A DNA stretch of 64,000 nt from Cetorhinus maximus (GCF_964194155.1 NC_135889.1:82708001-82772000); one strand, 5' to 3'; shown: positions 1 through 14,016, counted from the first letter of the stretch. Translations and numbers: made by a program. The notes: a model not told the origin generated them from the sequence alone.

Positions 1-926
1 CAGCGTCCAATCACGCTATCCTTAATATAACGTCTAGTAATTCCCAGACAAAAATTCTCAGCTAACAGATCTGAAATTCCCTGGTTTCCCTCTTTCGACA
101 TTCTTAAATTGTGGATTGTGGCCGTGGCACTGTGGTGCCATGGAACATGAACCTGCTGTCCTCTCTCAGGGTGAAAGCATTCATCCTCTCACCACTGCCA
201 TTCCATCAGTGTCGTTGATGTTGCCTGTCAGCCAGCCAGCCTAGACTGCTGCCACCCATGCTGAAATGGTGTAGTCTGAAGCCAGATCTTCTAGGGCCAG
301 AGCTGCTTGAGGTCACCCTCCAAGGCAATCTGCAGTGTCCCTCACTGAAATTCAGCAGCCTTCCACCAGCCATGCTGCAGCCACTGGGGTAGCACTGCAT
401 AGGAGCACTAGGACAGGCAAAGGCACACAGAAGACAGGCACTAAATGAATGCACAAGGGTGATTAGTTGATGTTTGCATACAATGTTGGATGGTTGGTTT
501 AAAAATTTGGTTGGGATTATTTATTTTGTGGTGGTTTTTATTTTAGCATTGTGGCCAAGATGATGCTGTCATTGTCAGTAACAGAGGGAAAGTTTGGTGT
601 GGAACTGTTGTTGAATGGGGAATTGGGATTGTGCTCACTGCTACCACAATTAGATGAGTCAAACACCGATTAGAAAGGGACTGTGATGATTCACTTCTTC
701 CCCTGCCTCCTCTTCTTCCTCCTCCTCAGTTGGTCACCATTTAATTAGTGGGATGGTCTGTGCCCTCATGGTGGTGAGTTGTGTAACATGCAGGAGACTG
801 TGATGAATCTAGACACGTACTCTGCTGAGTGCTGCAGGGCTCTTCCAGAGCAGTCCGGGCAGTGAGTGCTGTTTAAGCATTCCAGTAATCTGCTCAATGA
901 CATTTCATGTGGTAACACTGCTATTC

Positions 927-966
<40 letters not shown>

Positions 967-1290
967 CGTTGTGCAGCTGAGTTATGAGCTGTGTCGTCAG
1001 TGGACAGCCCTTGTCACCCAGTAGCCACCCTCTGGTTTGTAGTGGTTGCTCAAATGCAGATGGTATAGTGGATTGCCATAGAATGAAGGCTTCCACCAGG
1101 TTATTGACTGTTGACCTGCATGATGTGCTGAGCATGGTCACACATCAGCTGGGTATTGAGGGATGGAACCCCTCTAGTTGCCATACATTTTGGGGTTGAT
1201 GGTGTGTGTACAGTCAGTTGCACTCTGCATCATGGATAACGTCTGAAATCCTTATGAAGCTTGGTGTTCACTCTTCCTGCTCACATCTAC
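1..1290 (-). mobile_element. Degraded PIF/Harbinger transposon fragment (transposase remnant)
   Basis: Minus-strand peptide RGWLLGDKGCPLTTQLIT resembles the GWLLGDKGYP motif of the transposase at 22986-23684; multiple frameshifts. Confidence 0.65.
929..962. repeat. (TG)n microsatellite
   Basis: About 16 TG units, inside the transposase remnant. Confidence 0.95.
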
Positions 1291-1294
1291 CAGA

Positions 1295-1790
1295 ACAGGC
1301 TGAGGGTGCCTCAGCTTAACTTCTCATCTGAAAAGCAGCATCTCTGACAGTTCACAAGTCCCTCAGTACTGCACTAAAGTGTCAGCCTAGTGCTCAAGTG
1401 GCCAGTGGAGGCTCAAAACCATGTTATGTTTCACAAGTAAGAATGTTACAGCCACTGAACTAAGGTTGGCACTCAAACATATGAACACACTCCTTATAAT
1501 AGATTTTGGCTGCCAACAAAGGCTATGCTATAGCTTAACAGAGCTTGGTAAATTGCCTGTTGACAGAATACTTGAGCGAAAATATTTTTGGGGACCAAAT
1601 AACTGCAATAATGGATACTTGCTGTGATGCAGCTTAGTAACTTTCCTATCCACCTCCAATGAACTCAGCATATGTCAAAAGAAAGATTTGTATTTATATA
1701 GCATCTTTTGAGCCCTCGGGGCATCCCAAAATGCTGTGTTGCTAATGAAGTACTTTTTGAAGTGTAGTCACTGTTGTAATGTAGAAAACA
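1295..1790 (-). mobile_element. Deu-domain SINE fragments (SacSINE1/AmnSINE1-like)
   Basis: ccctcagtactgcactaaagtgtcagcctag core at about 1360-1390, and reverse 3' tail aatgaagtactttttgaagtgtagtcactgttgtaatgtag at about 1745-1785. Confidence 0.6.
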
Positions 1791-2348
1791 TCATGCATTT
1801 CTGTGATTTAATCAGCAAATTACAATGAAATATAGGGATTCTTCCATTTTAATATAAAAGGTGAACTTTCTTTCCCCCACCCAATGTTGGAGTGTTTGTG
1901 GCAAAGTTTTTAATTATCTTTATAAAAATTTGTTGCTGCTACCTCAGCACGTTATTAACACAAATCTGTGACTTCCCAAAGGAAAAACCAGTAAAACCTG
2001 GAAATGAAGGGTACCAGTTAAGCTTGTCGGAACTGGTATGGGTGCTAGTGCTATTGATTTTTACTGGGATTTGACAATTTTGAATTGGTTTTTCGTTCTG
2101 GGAATTTCTCAGTGTTATCCTTTTAGCAGCTTTCATTTTCTGGCCTAGCCCTTCATACATTTGGATCTTCTTTTTTTTTATTCTTGGAGATCTTCTTGTG
2201 AAATGCAATGCCACAGACAATTTCATGGGAATATCATACAAACCTTTGTTTTTTTATTCTGCAGAATTTCAGTATTGTACCTGGCTTTAGAGTTTGTTTC
2301 TTAAGTCACTTTTTTGTTTTCAGTCCCTCGTCATTTACTCACAGGGAC

Positions 2349-2661
2349 ATGTTCGAATACATTCTGGGCTTCCTCTTAATCTGGTTTCTATGCTGGTGGA
2401 TGCGAGACAAACTTAAAGTGGGAAAGGTCTCGGACAAGTATGTATTCATCACTGGATGCGATACTGGCTTTGGAAATCTGGCTGCAAAAGTCCTTGATAT
2501 AGGTGGATTTCGAGTACTTGCTGGGTGCCTGACTGAGGAAGGGGCTCAAAATTTAAAGAAAGAGACGTCAAGCAGGTTGAAAACAATCCCGTTGGATATT
2601 ACAAAATCGGATAGCATCGAGAATGCAGCTGACCTGATCAAGATGGAGGTGGGAAAGAGGG
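2349..2661 (+). CDS. SDR9C-family retinol/hydroxysteroid dehydrogenase (RDH16/RDH7/HSD17B6-like), coding exon 1
   Basis: ATG at 2349; hydrophobic N-terminal anchor MFEYILGFLLIWFLCWW; Rossmann motif KYVFITGCDTGFGNLAA; donor G|GTAAGT at 2662; 313 nt, phase 1. Confidence 0.95.
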
Positions 2662-3149
2662 GTAAGTGCAATGTAAAGGATTCCCCCAGCTACTTACTAA
2701 CATCATTTAAAAATGATATATAATTTATATACAGCTACTTCTCATACATATTTCATATAACGTAATATATACTGAATACTGAAAAATGTTACAATTTATA
2801 AAAAAATGGATCAGTTGGAGGATAGTGAGAAGAAAGCATATAGGGTGAGAAATTCAACTTGGCAGCGCCACCTTCAGCTGAAGCCTGGCACCATTTTGCT
2901 GGGGCACTACCAGCTGCTTCTACAGTGACAGCGCAGCACAGCCTCTTGAGAAGGGCACCTGTGCATTGGGAGATTGTGAAGTAGTGCCATCCTGACATTA
3001 CGTAACCCAATCAGCTGCTCCGACAACAGGATACGTAATTTTGGACCATGAGAGTCCAGATAGTATGGTCATTTATCATGCTGCTGACAAGAAGCCTTAA
3101 GCTGTAACATGATCCCTGCATTAGCTTCCCTTGAAGGATCAGGCACTTA

Positions 3150-5330
3150 TACTGCAGCTAAAGTAATTTTTAAGAACTTCTGCTGCTGAAAAGTGTCTGG
3201 AAATAATCTGCATTGTTTTCGGAGATGTTGTGCTGAGTTTCTGGGCTTACCAGAGAATGTTGCTGCACTGCCTCACAGAGAGGGCACAGCAGGAGGTGAC
3301 CTGCAACAGGTAGGGGGAGGGCAGCAAGGGTAGTGCCTCTGGGTCTGCAGGATATCAGGGAGATGGAACAGAGTCCGTGGAGAGGGAAAGCTCTGCACAA
3401 TGTCCTCTGCCAAGTTGGTTTTGGATTCCTCCATGTTCCCTGACAGTGAATGGCAGCTATCTGGCAGGTCAGCAATGCCCCCAGCAATATGGTTGTGCAT
3501 CTGCCGTGTCTCCTGTATGCTCCCTCATCAACATCATTATGTGAACCCTCTGTAGCAGAATTTACCTGCGATCTCAACCTACTGGAAAAAGAGCTATTCT
3601 TTCTGCCTGGTTCGACTGCAGCCCACTTGTTCTTGGATGACTCAGCAAATGCTGATCCCAACTTTGTACCAGCCTTCAAGGTTTGTGCTGTGCCAGTATC
3701 TGACCTAGTGGCTGTGAGTGTGTAATCAAATGGCAAAGCCTCACCTTCATTGGTACTGTGCTGTTGCTCTCTCTCTCTTCCTCTATGGACTGCTGTGGCT
3801 GGAGTGGGAAGCAAGCAGCCCATGACCACACCACCTTGGTTTGCCCTTTTTTCCAAACAGCAGGATGAAGGTGTGCTGGGAGTTGAGAAGTTAAGAAATG
3901 TCCTCAGTGATGTCGGGTGTCATGGACTCTGCTGTAGTTGACCCCATGATGCTGAGAGCCATCTCCTCCATAGGGCGCTGGAGATGCAAGCATTCAGCTC
4001 TGCTCTTTTCTATTGTGTGCCACCCTTATACTGCAAGACCAAGGGCAGAATGTCAATGATTGTGGGTTGGATTATACACTCCCCCACTGGTGGGTCTGAA
4101 GGTGGCAGGGGGGGGCTTGTGAATTCAATGGCTGGCCTACCGGCAACCTACTTGTATGCTCCAACTCCTCCACAACATTACCAGCGGCAAGAACAAAGTG
4201 GAGTTGGACGGCCCGCTCATCAGTGAACCATTTGAGACCCTTAAGTGGGCAATTAATGCCCACTTAAGGGCCTCATCCGCCACTGCTTAGATTTGGGAGA
4301 GGCCCATGACAAGTTCCCAACCTGGTAGGTTGCCGTGTGTGGCCTGTTTGCAGGCAGAGAGAGTTCCCTCGTTAACGGCCCCTTGGGACCATCAGAGAAG
4401 CCCCCCCCCAACAAATGTGTAACCCTTCCTCCAGATTTCCCTTTCCCCTCCCACCCCCATCCTCTCAAATCTCAGCCCCCTACCTCCCTCACCGGAGGCT
4501 TTCAGCTTTACACCTGGGAGACGCTTGACTCACCTGCTGGATTTGATCCCATACAATTCGCCTACTCAAGCCCCACTACCTGCAGTACAGGCAACGGCCA
4601 ATACTCGTGCAATGCTGGTGCTGGAGAACTGCTAGCATCGGATTGGCTGGCAGCTCCCTGAGGCAGGGTGTCCTGTCCCTGAGGGGGCAGAAGTCCTGCC
4701 TCCCCTCCATTAATGGCCAATTGGCTGTAAAATCGCAGCAGGGCAGTTGTTATTCCCCTGGGATTGTTCCGTACTGACATTTTAGCAGGGAGGATGGGGA
4801 CCATGACACCAGCCCTGTGTAGCGCTGTGTTTGGATGATATTCCTGCCATAGCTGAATAATATGTGGAAGCAGCAAGAATTGCATGTGAGGCTTGCAGCA
4901 GTGGTAGGTGTGTGAGGATGAGCTGGAGTATCGAGATGTTATTTGTGAGCCCTGAGTGCCAGGGAGAGCTATTGAGTGAGTAATGCGGATGTGGTGCATT
5001 GAGAGTTTGGTAGTGAATTGGATAGAAGATGTCATGAGAGCTTTCATTCAATGACCTTAATAACCTGGGTGAAGTAATCACCCTGGGATTGAGATCAGAC
5101 TACAGGTGTGGACCTTCCTGGCCTCTTGGTTGCCACTCCCTTCAGAGGATGATTCTTGAGGGTCTGTTAGCTCCAGCAGAACAATGGCACCTCTCCTCCT
5201 GCCCACACCCACCACAAATGACTCCAGTCACACATCTTTCATCCTAGAATCCTTTCTCTGCCTGGGTGTTTCATTTTTCATCTTTTAAAGGGAAGCTGAA
5301 CTGAAAAATATTTAACAGAGACAGCCTGCC
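3150..5330 (-). mobile_element. Degraded Harbinger Myb/SANT-gene remnant interrupted by a MITE-like segment (about 4060-4780)
   Basis: Minus-strand remnants resembling the Myb ORF N-terminus near 5160-5270; internal GC-rich segment resembles 63030-63420. Confidence 0.4.
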
Positions 5331-5334
5331 TTCA

Positions 5335-6310
5335 ACAGTGCCATCAAGCGGCACTTGCTTAGTAATAGCCTGCTCATTGAAGCTCAGTTTGGGTTCTGCC
5401 AGGATCACTCAGCTCCTAACCTCATTACAGACTTTGTTCAAACAAAGACAAAAGAGCTGAACTCCAGGGGTGAGGTGAGAGTGACTGCCCTTGACGTCAA
5501 AGCAACATTTGACCGAGTGTGGCATCAAGGAGCCCTAGCAAAACTGGAGTCAATGGGAATTGGGGAAAACTCTCCACTGGTTGGAGTCATACCTAGCACA
5601 AAGGAAGAAGGTTGTGGTGTTGGAGGTCAGTCATCTCAGTTCCAGGACACCGCTGCAGGAGTTCCTCAGGGTAGTGTCCTAGGCCCAACCATCTTCAGCT
5701 GCTTCACCAATGCTATTCCTTCCATCAAAATGTCAGATGTGGAGATGTTCGCTGATGATTGCATAATGTTCATGATTCATGACTCCTCAGATACTGAAGC
5801 AGTCCACGTCCAAATGCAGCAAGATCTGGACAATATCCAGGCTTGGGCTGACAAGTGGCAAATAACATTCATGCCACATAAGTGCCAGGCAATGACTTTC
5901 TCCAACAAGAGAGAACGTAACCATCGCCCCATGACATTCAATGGCATTACCATCACTGAATCCCCCACTATCAACATCCTGGGGGTTACCATTGACCAGA
6001 AACTGAATTGGATCAGCCATATAAATACTGTGGCTACAAGAGCTGGTCAGAGGCTAGGAATCCTGCGGCGATTAATTTACCTCCTGACTCCCCAAAGCCT
6101 GTCCACCATCTATAAGGCACAAGCCAGGAGTGTGATAGAATACTCACTGCTTGATGGGCAATAAATGCTTACCTGGCCAGGGATACCTACATCCCATGAA
6201 TGAATTTTAAAAAGTGCCCAGCAAGCCACTCGGTTCAAGGGCAATTAGGCATGGGCAACAAATGCTGACCTTGCCAACAACGTCCACACCCCATGAAAGT
6301 ATAAAAGCAA
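5335..6310 (+). mobile_element. 5'-truncated CR1-group LINE (RT domain and 3' tail)
   Basis: QFGF, ALDVKATFDRVWH, GVPQGSVLGP, FADD and ILGVTID motifs in ORF 5355-6164; 3' tail appears twice at about 6155-6310. Confidence 0.9.
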
Positions 6311-6381
6311 AATTATCTGGGGCAAATGTGGAAGGTGTTATATAAATGCAAATTATTGTTGTATAAGTATAATTGTCCTAA

Positions 6382-6654
<273 letters not shown>

Positions 6655-6679
6655 TGAGGATATCATGCATTTACAAGGC

Positions 6680-7335
6680 ATTTAAAGGAGAATGCAGCAA
6701 GAAAATAACAAACATCAAATACATATAGACATTTTTTCTTATTAGGTAGTCCCTCGATATCAAGAATGACTTGCTTCCACTCTGGTTTGATGGGTTCTGA
6801 AATAGATGACAAGTCCAACGGGCGATCTGCACACTCTGCCACATGTGGGGCAGGTGCTGCTTGAGGGTTGGGTAGATGGGCTGTTTGGAGGTCTGTGTGC
6901 TCCCTCCCGTGTCTCAACTCTGCCTCTGTGCTTGGTGACCACTTGAACGAGCCTTCTCCATTTTGGTCAGTACAAACTCCCATGGCTTAGTGGGTATGTC
7001 TGACCTCTTCTGGGATGCTTTGAGGACATCCCTAAAGTGATTCCTCCTGGGAGTCTTCTGCCAACCCGAGCTCCGAGTGGAGCAATTGCTTCAGGAGTCT
7101 GAAGTCAGGTTTACGAGCAACATTTCCGACCCAGTGGAGCTGATTTTGAGTGATTTGTGCCTCAATGCTTGGCAAGTTGGCCTGGGAGATGATGCTGCTG
7201 TTGGATGCTGCATTTCTTGCTACTGGATTTGGAGGATCTTGCGAAGGCACCACTGGTGACACTTCTTCAGTGCTTTGAGGTGCCTGCTGCATGCTGTCCA
7301 AGTCCCTGAAGCAAATAGGATTGTGGGGATCAGAA
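6680..7335 (-). mobile_element. RTE-clade (BovB-like) LINE 3' fragment
   Basis: SIEAQITQNQLHWVGNVARKPDFRLLKQLLHSEL and C-terminal zinc finger CPTCGRVCRSPVGLVIYFRTH. Confidence 0.8.
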
Positions 7336-7869
7336 GTAGACTAAGGGTGGGATTTTCAGGCCCCGCCCATGGCGGGCGAGATGGAAAATATCACGAGATC
7401 GGAAAAATCAGTTTACTGCCGTTGTAAAAGCAGTCCAGGATCATCTGCTCCAGCCTTCAATGGCGGGCCACATTTCCGGCAGGTCGGCAACATCAGTTTG
7501 ATACATTGGCATCTCATTATAAGGGCTGATCGCCAGAATCATCCCCTCGCACTGAATCAACAGGGCACGTCAGTGTTCAATTAGACTGACATGTTTCACA
7601 GCGGTATATAATCGACGTGCGCCTGGTGACCTGCGCTTCACTCGTGACTTTGAGGTTTGTTCACCTACCTTGCATTGCACAATTCCCGCGGAAATTCAGA
7701 CTCACCACCAGGCTTCACAGGCAGCACAACATCACTTTTAGGGGGTAGTCAGAGGCAAGTTTCTACCTACCAGGCCGGCAGTAAGGTAGCGGTAGCTTTT
7801 AATGGGCTGCAGGGTAAGGCCGCCACTGGGGAAGGGGGGGCAAACTTGCCTGAGGCAAGGGAAAGGGCT

Positions 7870-9280
7870 GCAGGAACAAAAACAGAAAAGGCTGGAAAAT
7901 CTCAGCATCATCTGTGAAAAGAGAAACAGAGTTTACATTTTGAGTCTATATGACTCTTCTTCAGAGCTAAAGAGAAGTAGAAATACAATGGATTTTACAC
8001 TGTTTAAGAGATGGTGAAGCAAATGGAGCAAAATAGAATGTCAGGGATAGATGGGAGCTCAGGCGAGATTGACAAAGATGTCATGGAAACAGGACAAAGG
8101 GAGTGTTAATGGGAGTGTTAAAGACTAAAGAAGGTGCTGATAGTGGAATAAAGTTAAGACAGCAATGTATTAATAGCAGAACAAAGGTCAATGCTCTGTG
8201 AAAGCACAACATAGAAACAAGTGACAGATGGTCCTGTGGTGGGGGCAGTGTTGGGGAAAAATGATGAAAAAAAGGATAATGAATTTTTAAAAAATGTATT
8301 AAAAAATGAATAACTAAAAAAAAAAATAAAAAGAAATAACAATTTTAAAAATTGATTAAAAAGGGGGTAAAGATGGAGGAGAGAGTTCGTGGTCTGAAGT
8401 TTTTGAACTCAAATGTTAAGTCCGGAAGGCTGTAAAGTGCCTAATCGGAAGATGAGGTGCTGTTCCTCCAGTTTTCATTGGGCTTCACTGGAACATTGCA
8501 GCAGGCCAAGAACGGTCATGTGGGCATGAGACCAAGATGGTGTGTTGAAATGGCAAGCGACAAGAAGGTCTGGGTCAGGCTTGCGGACTGAGTGAAGATG
8601 TTCCCCAAAGTGATCACCCAATCTGAGTTTAGTCTCTCCAAAATAGGGGAGACCATATTGGGAGCAGCAAATGCAATAGGCCAAATTCAAGAAAGTGCAA
8701 GTGAAGCACTGCTTCACCTGAAAGGAATTTTTGGAGCCTTGGGCGGTGAGGAGGGAGGAGGTGATGGGGCAGGTGTTGCACCTTCTGTGATTGCATAGGA
8801 AGGTGCTGTGGGGAAGGGATGAGGAGTTGGCGGAGATGGAGGAGTGGACCAGGGTGTCACGGTGGGAACGATCCCTACAGAATGCTGACAGGGGGGTGGG
8901 TGAGGGGAAGATGTGTTTGGTGGTGGTATCGTACTGGAGTTGGTGGAAATGGCAGAGGACGATCCATTGAATGCGGAGGCTGGTGTGAAAAGTGGGGACA
9001 AGGAGGACCCTATCATGGTTCTGGGAGGGTCAATAGAGTCAAGATGGGAAGAAACCAGTTCCATGGGGCAGGAAAAGGCTGACACGATGGGTCTACCAGG
9101 ATAGTCCTGATCATGGATTTTGGGAAGGAGGTAGAAGCGGGCTATGCGGGGTTGGCAGATTATGAGGCTAGAAGCTGTGGAAGGAAGGTCTCCAGAGGAG
9201 ATGCGGTCAGTGACAGTCCTGGAAACAACGGCTTGACGTTTGGTGGTGGGGTCATGGTCCAGGGGGAGGTAGGAAGACGT
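7870..9280 (-). mobile_element. Penelope-like retroelement fragment (GIY-YIG endonuclease and pLTR)
   Basis: AYCICCSQYGLPYFGETKLRLGDHFGEHLHSV; reverse complement is colinear with 26250-27560. Confidence 0.88.
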
Positions 9281-10849
9281 GTTGAGAGGGGCTGCAGGGC
9301 TAGGGCTCCACTGGGGAAGGGGGGAAGCTGGCCCTCAGCAAGGAAATATGCTGCAGGGCAAGGGCTCCACTGAGGGGTAACAGTGGGGAAGGTAGCACTC
9401 AGTCACATGACTGGGGGTGGGGGGGGGGGGGGGGTGGTGGGGGGGGGGAGGGGTGGTAGTGTGTGGTGGGGAAGCGCCCTCAAGGCCAAGATGGGGGGAG
9501 AGTTGGTTACAGAATGACTTAGAATGGGACGATGGCTAAGTGAAGAAGTGCTTCAATATTGAGCTTGCAAAGACTGTCCTTGTCCCACTCCAGGCAGGGG
9601 GAGGGCCTGTCAGTCCAGTCTCAGTCTTACCCAGCATGCTGTGCACAGGATGTTGTCATAACATCATGTGCATTGGTCCTGGGGGTTTCTGGTATCACAC
9701 TGGGCTGCAGATTGCACACAGTCAGGGAGGACAGCTACAGCCTTTAGATTGGGAAATGGTATTGTGGGGGCATTCGAGGGTGTCGGAAAGGAAGGGTGGT
9801 ATATATGTCAGACTGTGCAAGTATCCTCAAGATGTTGACGGGTGAGGTCCACATGAGGCATAGGCACATCGACCTCATCATGTTCCGGGGGTAACAAACG
9901 GATATCCAGCACAATCATGATGGGATCAAGGAATACAGGCGAAGGGTCGAGAGATTCTTGGAGGGAGAGAAACCTGAACATTTAGACCCTCCAAGTCGAT
10001 GGGAGGGATTTCTACATTCACATAGGGAGGGTCCAAGCTGGTCTGGTAGTAACCTCAGAACCACCATCTTCCATTCGGCGGCGATGGTGCAGTACAAAAT
10101 TAAAATGAGGAGATGTTCTGCTGGTGAGGATTCTGAGGGCCAATTGGAGGGCAGGTGCATGCATGGGGTGGGTGGGAGGGCGATTAAATGGGCACCCAAC
10201 TGAGCTCTGCATTCCCAAATGAGGAGAGATGCACAGCTGAAACATGTTAGGAACCCTGCAGTGACAATGCAGGGAACCAGGAAAGTGAAGCTATGATGTG
10301 CTTTCATGCAAGACTAACCCCGCAAAGTGGCACTAATTGATCTCCTTGTATTAAGCCCCTGTTCATAGCGTAGAGATGCCCCAGAGTGGTAACACACTCC
10401 AGAACAATTGGACGACTGGACAAGCTTCAGATGCGTGTTACAATCATGAAGCTGGCAGCTTTAGAGAGGAGAAGCCTCAGGCCCCCCTCAAATAATCTGG
10501 GTTCCTGACTAAACGTTTTCTCTCATGTGTATTCCAAGGAGTGTGGTAGTAGAGTGCAGTGAATGAGGACCCAAGCAACTGGGCTGAAAGCAGCATATTG
10601 AAGCACCTGGCCAAAGCAATGTTATAGCAGTTGGTCATGTATAGTAGGATGGGGAGGGGGGACGCGCAGGGGAGGAGCACCTTGAAACAAACCCTGTGCT
10701 GGCCTGGATTCTTTGGGCGATTAGTTTCCGACACTGGAACACTTGAACCCACATTCACCGGCGAGTCATTGACAGAACTAGGACGTTTGCCGGCTGATGC
10801 TGGCTCATGTCTGTTTTTCATTGATGCTGCAGAGAGGAGACCATTAGGA

Positions 10850-12087
10850 ATATGGAGCCTAGATTTATTGCTGCCTGCGTCATTGCATATAGGCAGGAGA
10901 GAAGGAGAAGCTTGCAACTGAGTCACCAGGCTCATCAAAGGGAGGTGCTAAACCCTCATGACCAAGGGGCAGCAGGGTCCACTCCAGACGCAGAGGATGA
11001 GGTTCAGAGAGACGTTGTGTGTAGGTGCCTTGCAAGACCGAGGGTCTACAGAACTCAGGTGTCATCTGCAGATGAGTGAGAGACAGTGTCGCCAATGCCT
11101 CCACATGTCCAGATACCCGGTGACTCAAATTTTCCACATTCTCCAGGAATTGGCGTCACGGGGACTTCGAGGCCATCCATTGCCACTGGCTGTGAAAGTA
11201 ACCGCTGCCTTGAACTTCTACATAAGTGGCTCTTTCCAGGGCTCCATGGGGACCTCTGTAGGATTTCTCAAGCACCCACTTGCAAATGCATACATGAGGT
11301 GGCAGACATCCTTTTTTCCAAGGCCCACAATTGCGCCAACTTCGACAGAGAGCAAGCAAGCCAGGACACCAGAGCACTGGGTTTTGCAGCGATTTCTGGA
11401 TTCCTGCAAGTGCAGGGTGCCATCAACAGCACTCATGTGGCTATAAAAGCTCTTTGGCAACAGGCACTCCAACGCATAAACAGATAAGGTTACCACTTGC
11501 TCAATGTACAGCCGCTCTGAGACCATAAGAAATTTATCATGTAGGTTTGCGCCAGATATCCAGGAAGTGCCCGCGACTCATACATCTTGAGTCCCGGACA
11601 TCTTCGAGGGACCACACAGGGTCCAGGGTTGGCCCCTCAGTGGCAAGGGCTACCTGCAAAGGACGTAGCTGATGATGCCCATGCAGTGGCCACAGAAACC
11701 TGCAGACAGAAGGGCCAACAATGCTCCTGCCACTATCTGAGCCATTGGTGGAGTAGACCATAGGCATCTGAAAGATATGATTCCGATACCTGGACAGATC
11801 CGATGGAGCACTCCAGTACACTCCCCCGAGGGTCTTACGGATCATCGTGGCTCTCTGTGCGCTGTACAACCTGGCACTGCAAAGTCGGAAAGACTTGCCA
11901 GATGCCGACATGGAATAGCTATATGTCTCCTCTGATGAGGAGGACATCAAAGGGAATAAGGGCTTAGAGTTCGAGGAAGCTGAGACTGCTAGAGAAGAGG
12001 CCATTGCACATGCCAGACGAGACAGGCATGTGTGTGAGTCCCTCACAGCCACCATATTCCATAAAGAGGACGACGAGTTGCAGTGAG
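10850..12087 (+). pseudogene. Harbinger (HARBI1-like, DDE_Tnp_4) transposase, frameshifted
   Basis: VKVTAALNFYISGSFQG, GFLQVQGAINSTHVAIK (first catalytic D appears as N), acidic C-terminus ending gagttgcagTGA at 12087; several frameshifts. Confidence 0.88.
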
Positions 12088-14016
12088 TACCCTATTAGAC
12101 AAGTGCCCTCCAACATGGGCCCACATGAACACCAGCGTTGCTATTTCTCTCAATTCACCCACTTCAATATGGGAGTGAATAGTTACACACCAGGCTCACA
12201 TTGTCCTGATCTTTTGAAGGGTGATGAAGCCTTGGGAGCATGTGTCCGTGCTGAGATGAGGTGCTAACTGGAGAAGGGAATCCTAGCATCAAATATCAGA
12301 AGGTACTTCAAACATTTCTCCTGCATCCGAGTCGCAATGGGAGCCAGGAGCTGTTCCACTATCCTCAGTGGGCTTGTAGCTCTATAGCTTCAATCTGACA
12401 AAGTTTCTCACAAAGATCCATCTCCAACGACAGGACAACGCATTCTGTCTAACCTCGATGGTGAAGCTGATAGGTGACACTTGAGTCAAGGCAACCGAGG
12501 ACATTCGTAGGCGTGCATCTAATCAGAGATGACTCAATCCTCTGTGTCGTCTTCTGCTCGATCACATTAACATCTGGCACTCTCAGTTAGGGATGTTGGC
12601 CTGCTTTTATCCTCACCTTACTGTACATGTGGACCACCTGAGGATGACAACTTTCAACCACTTGTGTGCCAGACATTAGAATGCCTCCTCACTAAGATGC
12701 ACATTGTGCCCTCTTGGCCAGCCCTGGACCTTGCGAATTCCAAAATGCGCAGACACCATGAAACCCTCAAGGTGACGAGTTATTGCCAATAAAGAGCAGA
12801 CTTCAGCTTCAGTACATCCTCGCTCCTATCCCATTGCTCCCCTCAACATTGTCTAAAGCACTTTCAGAGCATGCTCAAAGATTCTGTTGCCCACCAAAGA
12901 TCACCATTTGCAATTAGCATCACACGTCTTGATGAGTGCTCAGGTGATGGCTCACACAACATTGCGTCCCAGTATTGTGTTAAGAGCCTTGTGGCTGCAA
13001 TACAGGCAATTAGAGGTTGAGAAACAACCAAGGTTGTAGGTTCGAACATCAGGGCTGAGAGAGGCAGAACTTCGGCAACTTGTGGTGGCAAAGTGCTGCC
13101 ACCTATTGGTGAGTTTAGCAGATGTACTCGAGGAAAGTTGGAAACACGACTGGTAGACAGGAGTGCACACAAGCTCTGAGTATGGGCTCATAGCATGAAA
13201 ACTCTGCCAGATGACAGAGAACACATGGCATTGCACAATATATAACCCTCCTTCATGTGTAAACACATCTTTTCTTTTGCACTACAACTTCACCTTTCAA
13301 GAATGCAGGTGAGATAGGAGAATACCTCTGCCTCAATCTTACACACCCAAGAATAAACATGAAATGACCCTCCAAAGAATGTGAATGAGGTTCCTTCCTG
13401 TGACTGAATTAAAAAAAAAACGATTTTGGGATTTCAGTAAATCATTGCAAATGATAACTAAGTGGATGTTGTGGACACTAACCATTACTCTTTTTATTAG
13501 CAAGACACTTGAAAAAATTGTTCATGATAAAAGCACACAGAAGCATAATGCACCTGTATTAAGTTCCTTTTCCTGCTATTTTAACCTATGTAGTTTAATT
13601 TATAGGCTCAGATCACGATTTACACGCATAGTTAGGTGAAATTAAAATGTACGCTTAATTCCCCCTCTCTTGTTTCCCTTGAAGAATACTGTAGTATGGT
13701 TCCATAGGTACTGCAGCATCATCATCCAGTCTTTGTTGATAAGTTATCCTGAACCTGTTAGTTCTATCTGCTTTGGGATCAACAAAAGCAGCAGATGTGA
13801 TGCTACATAATTACATATCTCACTGTTCCTTGTGCTGTCTTTGAAGTAAGGTCAAACTCCCACCTTTGTTCAAAGCAGCGAGTGAGGAATAGTTATTTTA
13901 CAAGAAATGGATTAATGACTAAAAAAATATCTGTTTTCTTTGTTGGAAAAGTTCTACAACATAACCAAGTAGTTATTTCTGTTCTCATCTGTATGCAAAA
14001 TCTGCTCTTTACTCAG

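Larger units (their letters stand above)
7345..13350 (+). mobile_element. PIF/Harbinger DNA transposon (left end at 7345, right end uncertain), interrupted by a Penelope-like element
   Basis: TAA followed by GGGTGGGATTTTC terminus at 7345; contains transposase pseudogene at 10850-12087. Confidence 0.6.

Noticed and set aside
1939-2241. 100-aa minus-strand ORF upstream of the SDR gene
   Set aside because: No recognisable domain or supporting exon structure; a chance ORF is plausible
2208-2723. 171-aa ORF as a single-exon gene
   Set aside because: Only 2349-2661 is SDR-like; the rest is upstream or intronic read-through past the GTAAGT donor
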